From Octopus sinensis (lineage: Eukaryota), in contig NW_021831404.1 of the NCBI RefSeq assembly GCF_006345805.1, forward strand, positions 1 to 64,000: 64,000 bases of DNA, written 5' to 3'. Positions 37,201 to 51,067 of the stretch are shown here, piece after piece. Position numbers and translations under genes: made by a program. Numbering within the stretch: position 1 is the first letter of the stretch; each line of letters starts with the position of its first letter. The notes under the pieces are model-generated. The model was not told the origin of the DNA. It saw only the letters and a program-made list of their open reading frames with translations, and ran no database searches.

Positions 37201-38413
37201 TTTTTAAATAAAAAAAAATTAGTTATTTTTCTTGACTTTCACCACTCCCCATAAAATATTTGCTTGTGATGTAACACACTAATCATATGCAAATATGCAA
37301 ATCAGCTCTCACTACCACTTTCTATTGGCCAGTAAAAATAGAATGTGTACTACATCATATGAAATGTGGAGAATTGCAGATAGTGGAGGCACATGACCTA
37401 GTGGTTAGAGCAGCAGACTCGTGGTCAAGGGATAGCAGGTTCGAATCTCAGACTGGGTGATGTGTGTGTTTATGAGCGAAACACCTAAGCTCCGCGCGGC
37501 TCTGGCAGAAGGCAATGGCGAACTTCTGCTGACTCTCCACAACTTTCTATCACTCTTTCCTCCAGCATCTTGCAGCTCACCTGCGACGGACCGGCGTACC
37601 GTCAAGGTGGGGGACCTATACGCCAAGGAAACCAGCCCTTATGAGCCAGGCGTGGCTCGAGAAGGAACAAACAACAACAAACCCTACTATCAAAACCAAG
37701 TTAACTCAGTCCCCATGTCTCAAGTACACATGCACCAAAACAAGTATATTCAGTTCCCCAACTGTAATGGCTAATAAAGATTTCTGATATAGCCTCACAG
37801 CTACATGTTCAAGGGAGGTGGTGTAGTTGATTATATCGATCCCGGTACTTTATTAGTACTTTGTGGTGAGGTCAGGCCTAGTGTAATAATGGAGATTTGC
37901 TATAAGATAGGCTCTTTCCAATCCATACCAGCAACGAGAAAAACAAACACTACATAGCTGCCTGACCTGCTGAAAATAACAGTTAAATCTTCTTCAAACT
38001 GCCTTCCACTATCCTAAAACGAAAAAACAGACTGAATTATGCTTTTCTAGATATCCAAAGCATAACAGAGAGAGATGATGGTCATAACTGAAATGCCTTT
38101 GAGTTCTGTTCAGTAAGAACTCAACAACGGAAGCCTTTAAGATGATGATTATAGCCATGACAATAATTATGACAATGAACAAGGTGTGAGGCATCTTTCA
38201 AAGAATTTCGACATCACCATCCCCCAACACCAACAGCATTTCGTTTTGTTCTTACTCTCTTATTTTTCTATTTGTTTCAGTCATTTAACTGCGGCCATGT
38301 TGGAGCACTGCCTTTAGTTAAGCAAATCAACACCAGGACTTATTTTATCAGTCTTTTTGCCGACAACCAGCAGCGGTTGTCAAGCGATGGTGGGCCAACA
38401 AGCACAAATACAA

Positions 38414-38466
<53 letters not shown>

Positions 38467-38470
38467 ATAT

Positions 38471-38503
<33 letters not shown>

Positions 38504-39099
38504 GACAGGCTTCTTTCAGTTTTTGTCTACCAAATCCACTCACAAGGCTTAGGTCGGCCTAAAACTATAGTATAAGATACATGCTCAAAGTGCCATGCAG
38601 TGGGACTGAACCCAGAACCATGTGGTTGGTAAGCAAGCTACCTGAGATCTGCAGAATAAGTAAACTCACACATATCTAAATATATATTCTTTGACTTGCT
38701 TCAGTCAGTTGACTGTGGTCATGCTGGGGCAATGCCCTGGAGAATTTTAGTCAACCAAATCAACCCCAGGACGACTTATTTGTAAGCCTGGTACTTATTC
38801 TGTCAGTCCTTTTTAGTGAACCACTAAGTTATGGGGCGTAGGACATAAACACATCAATACTAGTTGTCAAGCAGTGGCAGGGGACGGGGACACACACACA
38901 CATATATATTTGATGGGTTTCTCTCAGTTTCCATCTACTAAATCCACTCACAAGGCTTTGGCTAACCCAAGGCTATAGTAATAGAAACTTGCCCAAGGTC
39001 CCAAGCAGTGGAACTCAACCCAGAACCTTGTAGTTGAGAAGAAAACTTACCACATAGCCACACCTAAAAATTCAAAACCAACAACAATAACAGAATATA

Positions 39100-39334
39100 T
39101 ATATTTCTTTACTACCCACAAGGGGCTAAACACAGAGGGGACAAACAAGGACAAACGGATTAAGTCGATTACATCGACCCCAGTGCGTAACTGGTACTTA
39201 TTTAATCGACCCCGAAAGGATGAAAGGCAAAGTCGACCTCGGCGGAATTTGAACTCAGAACGTAAAGACAGACGAAATACTGCTAAGCATTTCGCCCGGC
39301 ATGCTAACGTTTCTGCCAGCTCGCGGCCTTTAAT
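39100..39334 (-). mobile_element. Young family-A SINE with 14-bp TSD just inside the intron after exon 13
   Basis: TSD aataacagaatata at 39086-39099 and 39335-39348. Confidence 0.85.
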
Positions 39335-39361
39335 AATAACAGAATATAGAAACATTCTAAC

Positions 39362-39552
39362 CTCCAAGTCTTTGAGTAACCATTGTTTACTGAGTCCAGT
39401 ACCCTGGCTGGCAAGATCCACAAGACACTGGATTAGCGCCGGATCATAAACATCTTTCACAAAGAGTGCACTAAGATTGGTGAAGATTTGGTAGAGAAGT
39501 TTTTGTAACAAAGCCATCACCCAGGTGAGATCCATACAGAGTTTCTTTTTGT
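39362..39552 (-). CDS. ZZEF1: ZZEF1 exon 13 (DKKKLCMDLTWVMALLQKLLY...LASQGTGLSKQWLLKDLE)
   Basis: GTGLSKQWLLKDLE resembles the vertebrate GTGFSKTWLLRDLE. gttgcag acceptor, gttaga donor, phase 1-0. Confidence 0.93.
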
Positions 39553-41723
39553 CTGCAACAGAAAACAAGAATTTACTATTATTTTTAGGTTAGTTTATTT
39601 TTTGTTGTTTTTTTCTAACCCTTTTCTCACCATATTTCTGGTGAAATACCTTGCATTTATTTCAATAAATTTTGAAAATAATGAAAATTTCAGCAAAATA
39701 ACATTGTCATTATAATGTGGGGTGTTTGGAACATAATTTAAAACGAAATTTTCATGGAAGGTTTTAATTTAAATCGCTTTAAAATATGAAATTTATATTA
39801 TAAATCCAGGGTGATTTCAGGCAGGCTGGTATCAAAAGGGTTAAAACTCACATCATCATTATCATCGTTTAACATCTTCTTTCCATGCTGGCATGGGTTG
39901 GACGGTTTGATATGGAACTGACAAGTTGGAAGCAGTCCAGACCCCAATTGTCTGTTGTGACATGGTTTCTATGGCTGGATGCCTTTCCTAATGCAAACTA
40001 CCTAACAGAGTGTGCTAGATACTTTTTACGTGCCACCGACACAGGTGTGTTCATACAGCACCTGCACAGGTGCGCTTATGCAGCAGCAGCACAGGTGCTT
40101 TTTATGTGGCACTAGCATCTGAACGGACAAGCTTGTATGTATGGAAGACAGTGGTTTTGCTTATCAAGTACAGCAACATCATCATCATTTAACGCCCATC
40201 TTCCATGCTGGTATGGGATGGACAGGTTGACAGGAGCCAGCAAACCAGAGAGCTGCACCAAGCTTCAATTATCTGCTTTGGCATGGTTTCTACGGTTGGA
40301 AGCCCTTCCTAATGCCAACCACTTTATAAAGTGTACTGGATACTTTAATTTACTTTGGTAATTAGAGATGCAACTTTACTTTTAGGGATTTCATTTGCCT
40401 TTGTCTCTTCTTATAAAGGGCAACTATACTTTTACTTTTCAAGCTAAGTAAAAGCATAGTTGCCCTTACATGCAGTCTAGTCCCTTACAACCCTCTTTAG
40501 CTGAGCATCCCTAATCTTGCGAGCTCATAAATGCTGGTGCCATATAAAACATACCTCTACTGATGCTCTGTAAAAGCACCCAGTACACTCTGTAAAGTGG
40601 TTGGCATTAGGAAGGGCAACCAGCCAATGGAAACCATGCCAAAACAGACAGAGCCTGAATAGCCCTTCAGCTGGTCAGCTCATGTCAAACCATCTAACCT
40701 AAGCCAGCATGGAAAATAGACGTTAGATGGTGATGATGATGGTTTATGTGTCTGAACATGGAAAATTCCTTCCAAAGGCATACCACCATCATCATCATTT
40801 TAAAGTCCATTTTTTGATGTTTGCATGGATCAGACAGTTTATTGAAGCAGATTTTCTGAAGTCGGGTACCATTCTTGTTGCCAACCCTCACCCGTTTCCA
40901 AGCAAGGTAAAATTTTTACAAGGCTGGACATGTTTCGCATGGAAGATAGGAAACAAGGGATAACGCTTGCATGATGGCGATATTCCAACTCTCAAATAAT
41001 GCCAAAACAAGTGGACACAAACACTCACATACATACATATAGGAAGGGCATCCTACCGTAGAAACCATGCCACAACAGACAATTGAAGTCGGGTCAGCTC
41101 TTATCAAACTGCCCAACCCATGCCAGCATGGAAAACGGACATTAAACGATGATGATGATATATTTAAGTGACACTCAGTAGGTTACGATGACACGAGTTT
41201 CAGTTGATCCGATTGATGGAACAGCCTGCTTTTGAAATTAACATGCAAGTGGCTGAGCACTCCACAGACATGTATACCCTTAATGTAGTTCTCAGAGAGA
41301 TTCAACATGGCACAGAAATGTGACAAGGCTGGCTCTTTGAAATTCAGGTACAACTCATTTTTACCAGCTGAGCAATGTAAAATAAAGTGTCTTGCTCAAG
41401 GGCATAATGCACTACCAGGAATTGAACTCATGACATTTACAATCATGAGCTGAATACCCTAACCACTGAGTCACACAATGTTGCTTCTTTCAGTTTCCAT
41501 CAACTAAATCCACTCACAAGGGTTGGGTTAGGTTGGCCTAGGGCTATACAAGAAGACTCCTGCCCAAGGTTTCATGTAGAGGGACTGAAATGTGAAACCA
41601 TGTAGTTATGAAGCAAAACCCTTAACCACGTAGTTATGCCTGCGCCTGGGGAAAGATGGAAGAAAATCATAGAAAATGTAAAGAAAACATAAAAAAAAAA
41701 ACACACAACAAAAGACAACTTAC

Positions 41724-41838
41724 CCTTGAAAATTTTGCACAATTGTTTTATTAAATTAATAACGAGTTCGATGAATTTGTGTTCACACCTGGATATGTCA
41801 ATGCCCTCGTTAACGACTGAAAAACTGTCATCATCTAC
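41724..41838 (-). CDS. ZZEF1: ZZEF1 exon 12 (VDDDSFSVVNEGIDISRCEHKFIELVINLIKQLCKIFK)
   Basis: cttacag acceptor, gtaagt donor, phase 0-1, within ORF 41572..41892. Confidence 0.82.
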
Positions 41839-42029
41839 CTGTAAGAGATGGAAAACAAAGATGAAAGCCCAAACAAGTGTATTTAGGATCACATTATTTT
41901 TATTTTATTTTATTTTATCTAGTTTCAGCTCACGTGCTGTGGCCATGCTGGGGCACCACCATTATCTAGATTTTCCATTTTTTAAAAAATTTTTGTAGCT
42001 GTGTAAAGAAGTGCTAATCTTTAACTGTG

Positions 42030-42405
42030 GAGGGAACCTATGGAAGACACAGGAAGATACGGGACGAGTTAGTGAAGCATGGTGTTTGAACATTGGGCTT
42101 CAGAGGTGGTGGCAAGTGACTGGGGCCTTTGGCGATATGCTGTGCTTAAGAAGACTCATCATGCTAAGTCAAATTGTAATCGTAACCAATGCTGGTAGCA
42201 CATAAAAGTACCCATGCTGGTGACAAGTAAAAGGCACCCAATACACTATGTAAAGTATTTAGTGTTAGGAAAGGCATCTGGCCATAGAAACCATTCCAAA
42301 TCAGACTGGAATCTGGTGCAGCTCTCCAGCTTACCAGTTCCAGTCAAACCATCTAACCCATGCCAGCATGGAAAGCAGATGCTAAATGATGACGATGATG
42401 ATAAT
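42030..42405 (+). mobile_element. Degenerate RTE-type 3' end with (GAT)n tail
   Basis: Similar to 22264-22610 and 62760-63100. Its tail region is shared with numerous short repeats in the window. Confidence 0.6.
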
Positions 42406-42472
42406 GAAAATAGTGTGTAATTTTGAGGGATGCTTGGCTGCTATTTCTAGCAGGGTGTGAAACCACATATAG

Positions 42473-42671
42473 CAATGGTTCCCAAGCTTTTTAATAAATC
42501 CAGGTCAGATCTAAAACCTGGATCTGTTTAGGAGGCCCACACTTAAAAGCGTAAAACACAAATCAATTAAATAAAAATCTATTATATTTATAGAGGGAAG
42601 ACTATTGGGGGCTATCAGAAGGATACTGGAGGGCCGCATGTGTCCATGAGAGTCACAGTTGAAAGCTGCTG
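42473..42671. mobile_element. Short hAT-type MITE
   Basis: caatggttcccaagc ... gttgaaagctgctg termini. Confidence 0.5.
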
Positions 42672-43379
42672 ACATAGAGGCTCCTTCTATTGGCTTGACT
42701 AAATGCCATTGTAGATTCTGGTGGCGGCCCAAACAGCACAACAGATTCTGGTGGTGGCCCAAACACCCATCGAAGGTGTCATGCTGTGGGACTGAACCTG
42801 GAACCATGTGGTTGGGAAGCAAGCTTCTTACCAAGCAGCCACACCACATTCATTTTGGCAATGAAGTTTCTCAGGAGGGCATTCAAAGTGTTTCCATTGC
42901 CCACAATTTTAGTGGGTGTGCTCACACCCTTGTACCACCCACATCATATTCCCGAGTCCATGCACTAGACTCAGTTGGAGTCAATTTTTATTTAGAGTCA
43001 CTGCCCACTTGGACAAGCTGAGGATCATCATGCCTCGCACATGTTCTGTTGGCATGCTTCCTACTCTACAGTGTACAGGTGTTATCCTCTTCGTCCTTTT
43101 CTGTCATCCTCTTTGTCACCATCATCATCATCAGAGTGGTTTTGGATGTAATTTGAGTATGATGAGGTTAATCATTAGAGTTGAGTCTGGGTGACCCTCT
43201 GGGTCAGATCTAAAACAAAATGCATACAGTTTAGGGGTCTGTGTAGGGGGTGTAAAGGTCAACCAGCCCAAACAGAATAGGAATAAACACCACATCTCTT
43301 TATGCTAATAGTTAAGGGAGGATTTTAACCAATCACAACAAGCTCAGAAAAGTAACAATTAACATATTTACTCATGAAT

Positions 43380-43740
43380 AAGCCACACTACTACACTCCA
43401 TGTCACACTCCACTCCACACCACGCCACATTCCACGCCACGCCACACACGACACCATGCCACACTGCATCACACCACACCACAACCCACATCACATTCCG
43501 CACCACACCACACCACACCCCGCATCACGCCACAATCCACATCACATTCCGCACCACACCCCACCCCACATCACACCACACTCCACGTCAAGCCACACTC
43601 CATGCTATGGTACACTCCATGTCACAGCACACTCTGCCTCGAGCTGCATCGCATCACACCACACTCTGAATCACACTACGCCCCACTCCTCCACACCAAG
43701 TCGCACTGCATCCCATTCCACTCCACTACCACTCCGAATA
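43380..43740. repeat. Degenerate (CACAC)n pentamer tract next to the exon 11 donor
   Basis: Low-complexity sequence that produces the spurious His/Thr/Pro-rich ORFs 43374-43859. Confidence 0.85.
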
Positions 43741-43745
43741 CTTAC

Positions 43746-43877
43746 ACAGTGCACCTTCTTGCTGACCACATCAGCAATCAGAGTCTGACGTTTTTCACAG
43801 TAAGTTTTCAGTACAATTCCAGGTTTCTCCTTCTGACCATTCCAACTGTAGTGAATTAATGAGCCTATGGACGGAAT
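43746..43877 (-). CDS. ZZEF1: ZZEF1 exon 11 (IPSIGSLIHYSWNGQKEKPGIVLKTYCEKRQTLIADVVSKKVHC)
   Basis: ctttacag acceptor, gtaagt donor, 132 nt, phase 0-0. Confidence 0.88.
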
Positions 43878-44648
43878 CTGTAAAGAGGAGTAGACAGAGA
43901 GAAATAGTCAGACAGAGATAACATGAAAGATGGAGATACAGAAACTGACAGATTGAGAGACAGAGAAATAAATAGGAAGAATAAGAGAGAGAGAGAAAAA
44001 ATTGGACGAATGAGACAGCAAGAGCATAAATGAACTTAAAAATTGGAGGCAACATGTGAGATGAACTAGAGATGTATTTTTTATTTTATTTATGCGCCCT
44101 TTTCAAGCCTAGCCAGGCTCATGGGTCCAGGTTTCCCGGTTTCTGTGGCGTATATGTTCTCCCCAGCTGGACGGACGCCAGCCCATTGCAGCGTTACTCA
44201 AGAAACAGGAAGAAAGAGTGAGAGAAAGTTGGGGCGAAAGAGTACAACAGGGGCCGCCACCACCCCCTGCCGGAGCCTTGTGGAGCTTTAGGTGTTTTCG
44301 CTCAATAAACACACATAATGCCTGGTCTGGGAATCAAAACTGCGATCCTCCAACCGCGAATCCGCTGCCCTAACCTTGTGAGTGGATTTGGTAGACGGAA
44401 ACTGAAAGAAGCCTGTTGTATATATACATATATATGTATGTGTGTATATATCAAAAGAGACCAACAGGATAAGTACCAGGCTTAAGGAAAAGGTACTGGG
44501 GTCAATTCATTCAACTGAAAGCCTTTAAGATAGTGCCCCAGCATGGCCGCAGTTGAATGACTACAGCAAGTAAATGGTAAAAGATTACTTTTCCATTATT
44601 GGATTTATCTGATTTGTTTGATATACAAATATTATTATTATTATTATT

Positions 44649-44685
<37 letters not shown>

Positions 44686-44839
44686 CAGAAAATTGCACTA
44701 CTAGGCACTGCACACATCCTACGCAGAACACTTTCCATACAATAACCATCAGAGCATCACAACAAATCACAGCACATACCCAAGGCACACAGAGCTGCGC
44801 TCGGTAGTGAAGTGAAAGCACGCTATAAAAATAAAACTA

Positions 44840-44878
<39 letters not shown>

Positions 44879-44882
<4 letters not shown>

Positions 44883-45790
44883 GCCCTGATGCAGTACCAG
44901 GCAGTGGCTCTCATGGCTTCTGATCTTAACTGATTGGAAGTGTTATCATGTACATTGTTTTGTCTTGGTATAAAAGATGGGCTACAGCAAATATTCTGCT
45001 TAATACCACAGATTTGCTTGTCAGTTGTTTGACCTTAACCAGTTGAGCATGTCCCTTAGTGGCTGACGATATGTGCATCTCTGATCACGAGCAGAAGTAG
45101 TGGGGGAGCATCATAGCCATGTGTTGAGAGGGATTCTTTGGGATTTGAATAATTCACCTCTGGAAACATGGGTGGTTCTTTCAACATCCTTAAACAACCC
45201 TTATTCAGGGACCTTTTGAGCGAGATGGGCTACTCAACCTGAAGAAAATTCTAACTGGGCCCCACCTGCAAGGTCATGCGCTGTTTATCTTGATATGAGA
45301 TCACCATGTCGCGCACATATGGTTGTGATGCATGTGCCTGGTGTACCCTTATCAGACGGGTAGTCATGATGGGTATATTGGGCTTCGTATATTTTACCCC
45401 AGTGTCACTTTGATGGCATGAACTGCTCTCTCACTCAATAATAATAATAATAATAGGGAGCATCATAGCCATGTGTTGAGAGGGATTCTTTGGGGTTTGA
45501 ATAATTCACCTCTGGAAACATGGGTGGTTCTTTCAACATCCTTAAACAACCCTTATTCAGGGACCTTTTGAGCGGGATGGGCTACTCAACCTGAAGAAAA
45601 TTCTAACTGGGCCCCACCTGCAAGATCATGCACTGGTTATCTTGATATGAGGTCACCATGTCGTGCACATGTTGTGATGTACGTGCCTGGTGTACCCTTA
45701 TCAGACAGGTAGTCATGATGGGTATACTGGGCTTTGTATATTTTACCCCAGTGTCACTTTGATGGCATGCACTGCTCTCTCACCCAATGA
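44879..45790. repeat. About 560-bp interspersed repeat plus a partial tandem duplicate; class unknown
   Basis: 45456-45790 repeats 45100-45440. An inverted full copy lies at about 62160-62715 and a fragment at 11825-11885. Bounded by (AAT)n. Confidence 0.85.
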
Positions 45791-46338
45791 TAATCCTTTC
45801 TACTAAAGGCATAAGGCCTGAAATTTTGGGGGAGCGGGCTAGTCGATTACACTGACCCCAGCACTCCACTGGTACTTATTTTATTGACCCAGAAAGGATG
45901 AAAGGCAAAGTAAACCTTGGTGGAATTTGAACTCAGAATGTATCAATGGGCATAATATTGCTAAGCATTTCATCCAGCATGCTAACAATTCTGCCAGCTC
46001 ACCATCTTTAATAATAATAATAATAATTCATCATTCACCATCTTTCCAAGCTGACATGGGTTGTAAGGATTAGACAGGAGCTGTCTAGGCAGAAGACTAC
46101 ACCAGGCTAATAATCATTATTATTAAATCTGTGTTTGTTTTGATATCAAAATTGAAGAAATTGGCTTTGTTTGTAAAACATTTTAGAGCTGGGTTTTGCA
46201 CCCTCTAAGCAAGTTTCGTTCTTGCACTTCTGGGTCAAGTGCAACCAAAGCAAGTACAGATGTAAACAGATGTTAAATGACAATAAAAGATGGTAATGAT
46301 AATAATAATAATAATAGTGATGATATGTGCACACTTAC

Positions 46339-46392
46339 GTGAGGGAATCCTGTGAGTACAAACATGCAGAATAAAACCAGTGGGGTACCTTC
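46339..46392 (-). CDS. ZZEF1: ZZEF1 exon 10 (EGTPLVLFCMFVLTGFPH)
   Basis: cacttgcag acceptor, gtaagt donor, 54 nt, phase 0-0. VLTGFPH resembles VLVGFPQ. Confidence 0.88.
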
Positions 46393-46951
46393 CTGCAAGT
46401 GGAAGAAAGGAAAACATCAGTTTTAGGTACAAGCAAGACAATAACAGAGTTTGATTAATCCTTTTGATACCCCCTGCCCCCTGCACAAGACTACCCTTGG
46501 CCTGATGGCAAAAAACTTCCTATTTTGAAGTGGTTGAAATCATGTAAACAGTGAAATTGACATACTCACACACAAACACACACATACAAACATATACACA
46601 TACACAAAAACACATGCACACACTCAAACACATACACACACACACACACATATATCTGCACAAAGGGATTTGTACAGTTTCCATCTACCAAATTCACTTA
46701 CAAGATTGTGGTTGGACCAGGGACATAGCAGAAGACACTTGCCCAAGGTCTTGCACAGTGGGTCTGAACCAGAGACCACAGAGTTGAGAAGCCAACTTCT
46801 TAACCACACAACCATGCCCATGCTTACACAAAAACTAAAAACAGCAGGGTCACAAATGAAATGCTTTTGACCAAATGTCATCTGCTGGACCTGGAGTTCA
46901 ACAACAACAACAACCACAACAAAAGAAAATTGTACTATAAATATTACATAC

Positions 46952-47087
46952 AGGATTTGAGGCAAGTTTCTCAAAGAGTGGTGAGATGCACTCATAGAGG
47001 CAGTTAACCACCACTGGGTTCCAATGTTCAGTCTTGTTCAGCCTTTGTATCATACAAGCAATTGTGCACGCTTGCTGCGTGTTTCCA
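46952..47087 (-). CDS. ZZEF1: ZZEF1 exon 9 (GNTQQACTIACMIQRLNKTEHWNPVVVNCLYECISPLFEKLASNP)
   Basis: ctatttcag acceptor, gtatgt donor, phase 2-0, within ORF 46898..47125. Confidence 0.88.
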
Positions 47088-48819
47088 CTGAAATAGAAAA
47101 ATAAGATCAGAAAATTTAAGTTCACTTTGCATGCTTGTATATGTTTTGATAATATGTTAAATCAGTCCTTAATCAATATTTCATGTATACTGTACCAATA
47201 TGTTATATCATCATCATCATTGGTTAATGTCTGCCTTCCATGCTGGCATGGGTTGGACAGTCTGACAGGAGTTGGCCAGGCAGGAGACTGCACCAGGCTC
47301 CTGTGTCTGTTTTGATATGGTTTTTACAGCTGGATGCCCTTCCTAACACCAAACCACCCAGCATAGTGGACTGAGAGCTGCATAGATATTTAATTCTATA
47401 TTTTCATAATGAAGTATTGATACATGTTGACATGCTTTCATTCCTGGTCAGTACCATGTCAATATTATGTCAAAATCACATTAGTATTACATCAACACTT
47501 TGATATCATCACCATTTATTATCCACTTTACTATGTTGGCATAGCTTTGACAATATCCTGCCAACACCTTCTCAATATTGTGTTAATACTTTGTCAATAT
47601 TACCTTGCAAATGCTGTGTCAACACATTGTCAATATGCCATGTCAATGCTGTGTCAAGACTTTGTCAATGTAACATGTCAATGTGGCATGTCAATGTGAC
47701 ATGTCAATGCTTGGTCAAAACTGTATCAATGTCTTGTTACTATTGTGTAAACACTTGTCAATATTTTATCAATATCTTGTAAATATTAAAACAAAAGTCT
47801 CATCAATGTTGTATATAATTATGTATAATTTCAAGCCATTTTGTGTCCAGCCATTCCTGACATAGATATTTCTCTATTCATCAAGGCTTTCTGATATTCT
47901 TCCAAACAGCCCTTCAAGGACCTCCCATTTCCAGTTGCACTCACAACTACCAACTGTCTACATTTAACTGTCAAGAATCAAGTTAAAAATAAAACATATA
48001 CAGGTGCAGGAGTGGCTGTGTGGTAAGAAGCTTGCTTCCCAATTGGATGGTTCCAGGTTCACTTCCACTGCATGGCGCCTTGGGCAAGTGTCTTCTACTA
48101 TAGCCTTGGGCCGACCAAAGCCTTGTGAGTGGATTTGATTGATGGAAACTGAAAGAAGCCTGTCATACATATGTACATATGTATTTGTGTGTCTGAATTT
48201 GCCCCCACCCCCACCATCACTTGACAACTGATATTGGTGTATTTACATCCCCATAAATTAGCAGTTCGGCAAAAGACACCGATAAACTAAGTACTAGGCT
48301 TACAAAGAATAAGTCCTGGGGTCGATTTGTTCGACTAAAGGTGGTTTCCAGCATGGCCGCAGTTAAATGACTGAAAAGAGTAAAAGAATAGTGGTTGACT
48401 TAGAAGACATAGCAGCCAAATCTTCCCTAAATCACACCTTTATTATCTCAAACAGAAATAAGAAAGGACACATTAGCTAATATACTATTGGATGGGTTGG
48501 AGGCATTTTTGGCACAGCTGTTTTGGTACCACTTATGTGACATCAGATGTTTTAATGTTTCTCTCATTTTTCCCTCTCTCCAACCTTCTTTCTGTTCAAG
48601 TGTGAGAATATTTCTATTTTGGGAGATGAGGAGGGGGAAAAGTGTTTAGGTCAGTCAGGTTCAATCATTAAACTGTAATCTATCTCTCTCTCTCACACAC
48701 ACACTTTCTCTCTGTCTCTGTCTCTCTCTCTCTTTCTGTATATGAGTGTAAGCATATTTCTCTTTATGTAGATGGAGAGGGGGTAAGTATTTATGTCAAT
48801 TATGTTCAATCACTAAATT

Positions 48820-49215
48820 GTAATCTCTCTCTCTCCCTCTATCTATCTCTCTACCTATCTATTTCTATCTCTCTATCTATCTACTTCTGTCTCTATCTAT
48901 TTCTATCTCTCTATCTATCTACTTCTATCTTTCTATCTATTTCTATCTCTCTATCTATCTATTTCTATCTCTCTATCTATCTATTTCTATCTCTCTATCT
49001 ATCTACTTCTATCTCTCTATCTATCTACTTCTATCTCTCTATCTATCTATTTCTATCTCTCTATCTATCTATTTCTATCTCTCTATCTATCTATTTCTCT
49101 ATCTTTCTTTCTATCTATCTCTCTATTGCTATCTCTCTATCGCTATCTTTCTATCTATCTATATCTCTATCTATCTCTCTGTCTATCTATATCTCTATCT
49201 ATCTCTCTATCTCTC
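48820..49215. repeat. (TCTA)n-based compound satellite with a higher-order unit of about 22 bp
   Basis: Repeated ctatttctatctctctatctat. Confidence 0.9.
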
Positions 49216-49641
49216 CTTATGTGTGTCAGCATATTTCTCTATATGTGTACAAGGAGAAGGGAAAGTGTTCATGTCAATCATGTCCAATTAATAAATTGTA
49301 ATCTCTCTCTCTCTCTCTCTCTCTGTGATCATATTTCTCTTTATGTGGATAAGGAGATAGAATGAGTTTAAGTCAGTCATATTTAATTAATAAATTGTAA
49401 TATCTCTCTCTTTTTCTCATTGTGTGTGTCTGTCTGTCTCTCTCTCTCTCACTCACTCTCTCACTCTCGTGCCAAAAAGTACTGTCACTAAATCAGCTTC
49501 ACCCAACTATCTCATTCCAGTCCTGGATGTATCAAAAGTGAGACAAGATGGTCATGGTCGGAGCACTTTATAAACACGGATGTACATGACTGAGCAAGCA
49601 GAGATTAAAAAAACAACATGACACTGAGAAGTTAAACTCAC

Positions 49642-49763
49642 TATTCAACATTACAGGCACCTTGGTGAAGAAGGAAATTGATCATTTTCTCGCCGATCTT
49701 TGCTGTAGCCGAAGGGAAGTCAGGAAGATCACCAGCCAGCGATTCTATCGATTCATCAGCACA
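49642..49763 (-). CDS. ZZEF1: ZZEF1 exon 8 (CADESIESLAGDLPDFPSATAKIGEKMINFLLHQGACNVE)
   Basis: ctttcccag acceptor, gtgagt donor, open frame, phase 0-2. Confidence 0.85.
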
Positions 49764-50985
49764 CTGGGAAAGAATGCAAGAAAGGAAAATTCAAGAAAAA
49801 TTAGGAAAAATTAAACAGAATTCATTCATAAATGGCTCTCATGGAAGATGAAGAGCCTTTAAAATATTAAGATTAGGGGTTAGAACAAGCAAATAGTAAA
49901 ACAATAGATTCTCTTTTCCTTTTTCTCTCTCTCTTCGCCACCATAACTATCTCTGCCGCCACCATCACTACCATTAAATAGACCCCATACAGTCATGAAT
50001 GACTGTGGGATTGCACCCAGAAAGTTCTCCTCCTAAGCTCAAGGCTGGGCAAGGTTTTTTTACGGAAGACCAGCAGTTGCCCGTGCATACCAGCCCCTCC
50101 TCTCCACACCACTGATGTTAAAGACCGATACAGCTTGGCACTAGTGATGTCGCAGCTCATTTCTACAGCTGAATGAACTGGAACAACATGAAATAAAGTG
50201 TCTTGCTCAAGAACACAACACACAGCCCAATCTGAAAATCAAACTCACTACCTGATGATTGTGAGCCCAATACTCTAACCAATGAGCCATGCACCCTCAC
50301 TACCATTATTTCCCAACATTTTAATATGTTTCTTCAAGATGGTAGGTGTTGGATGGTTCTTCCATACACCGTCCATTTTAATCATCTTGAGTCTTTCAAA
50401 TTCTTTTCTCCAATGCAATCTTGAGATCAGATCTAAGCAGGTTTTCCCCGGCTTTTCCCCTCCACAAATACTTTCCACTGCCAGCACACACCTCTACTTT
50501 ACCCAGCAAACAGCTTCTACTCTGAGAAACATGTCCACACCAATACATTCCTTAGTCATCCTACAAACATCAGCTTCTTATTTCTTTATTGCCCACAAGA
50601 GGCTAAACATAGAGGGGACAAACAAGGACAGACACACGGATTAAGTCGATTATATCGACCCCAGTGTGTAACTGGTACTTATTCAATCGACCCCGAAAGG
50701 ATGAAAGGCAAAGTCAACCTTGGCGAAATTTGAACTCAGAACATAACAGCAGACGAAATACCGCTAAGCATTTTGCCCGGCGTGCAAACGATTCTGCCAG
50801 CTTGCCACCTTACCAAGCAAATACTAACACTAAAAGACTAGACATAAATAGTTGACTAAAAGAACTTAAAAGCAGACCCTTAAGATGGCTGCAGTCTAAT
50901 GACTGAAACCAGTAAAAAGAACAAAAGGATAAAACATGAAAGATACAAGAAAAATTAAGGAAAAAGGTTAACGAAAGGAATATAC

Positions 50986-51067
50986 CTTGAGGGAGCTTCT
51001 ACAGAGGAGACGTGTCAGCAGCCCAGTTGCCATAAACCGGGTTGTGCTGTCGTAATTGGTGTCAATG
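50986..51067 (-). CDS. ZZEF1: ZZEF1 exon 7 (IDTNYDSTTRFMATGLLTRLLCRSSLK)
   Basis: atttgcag acceptor, AAG/gtata donor, phase 2-0. GLLTRLL resembles GLLGQLI. Confidence 0.8.
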
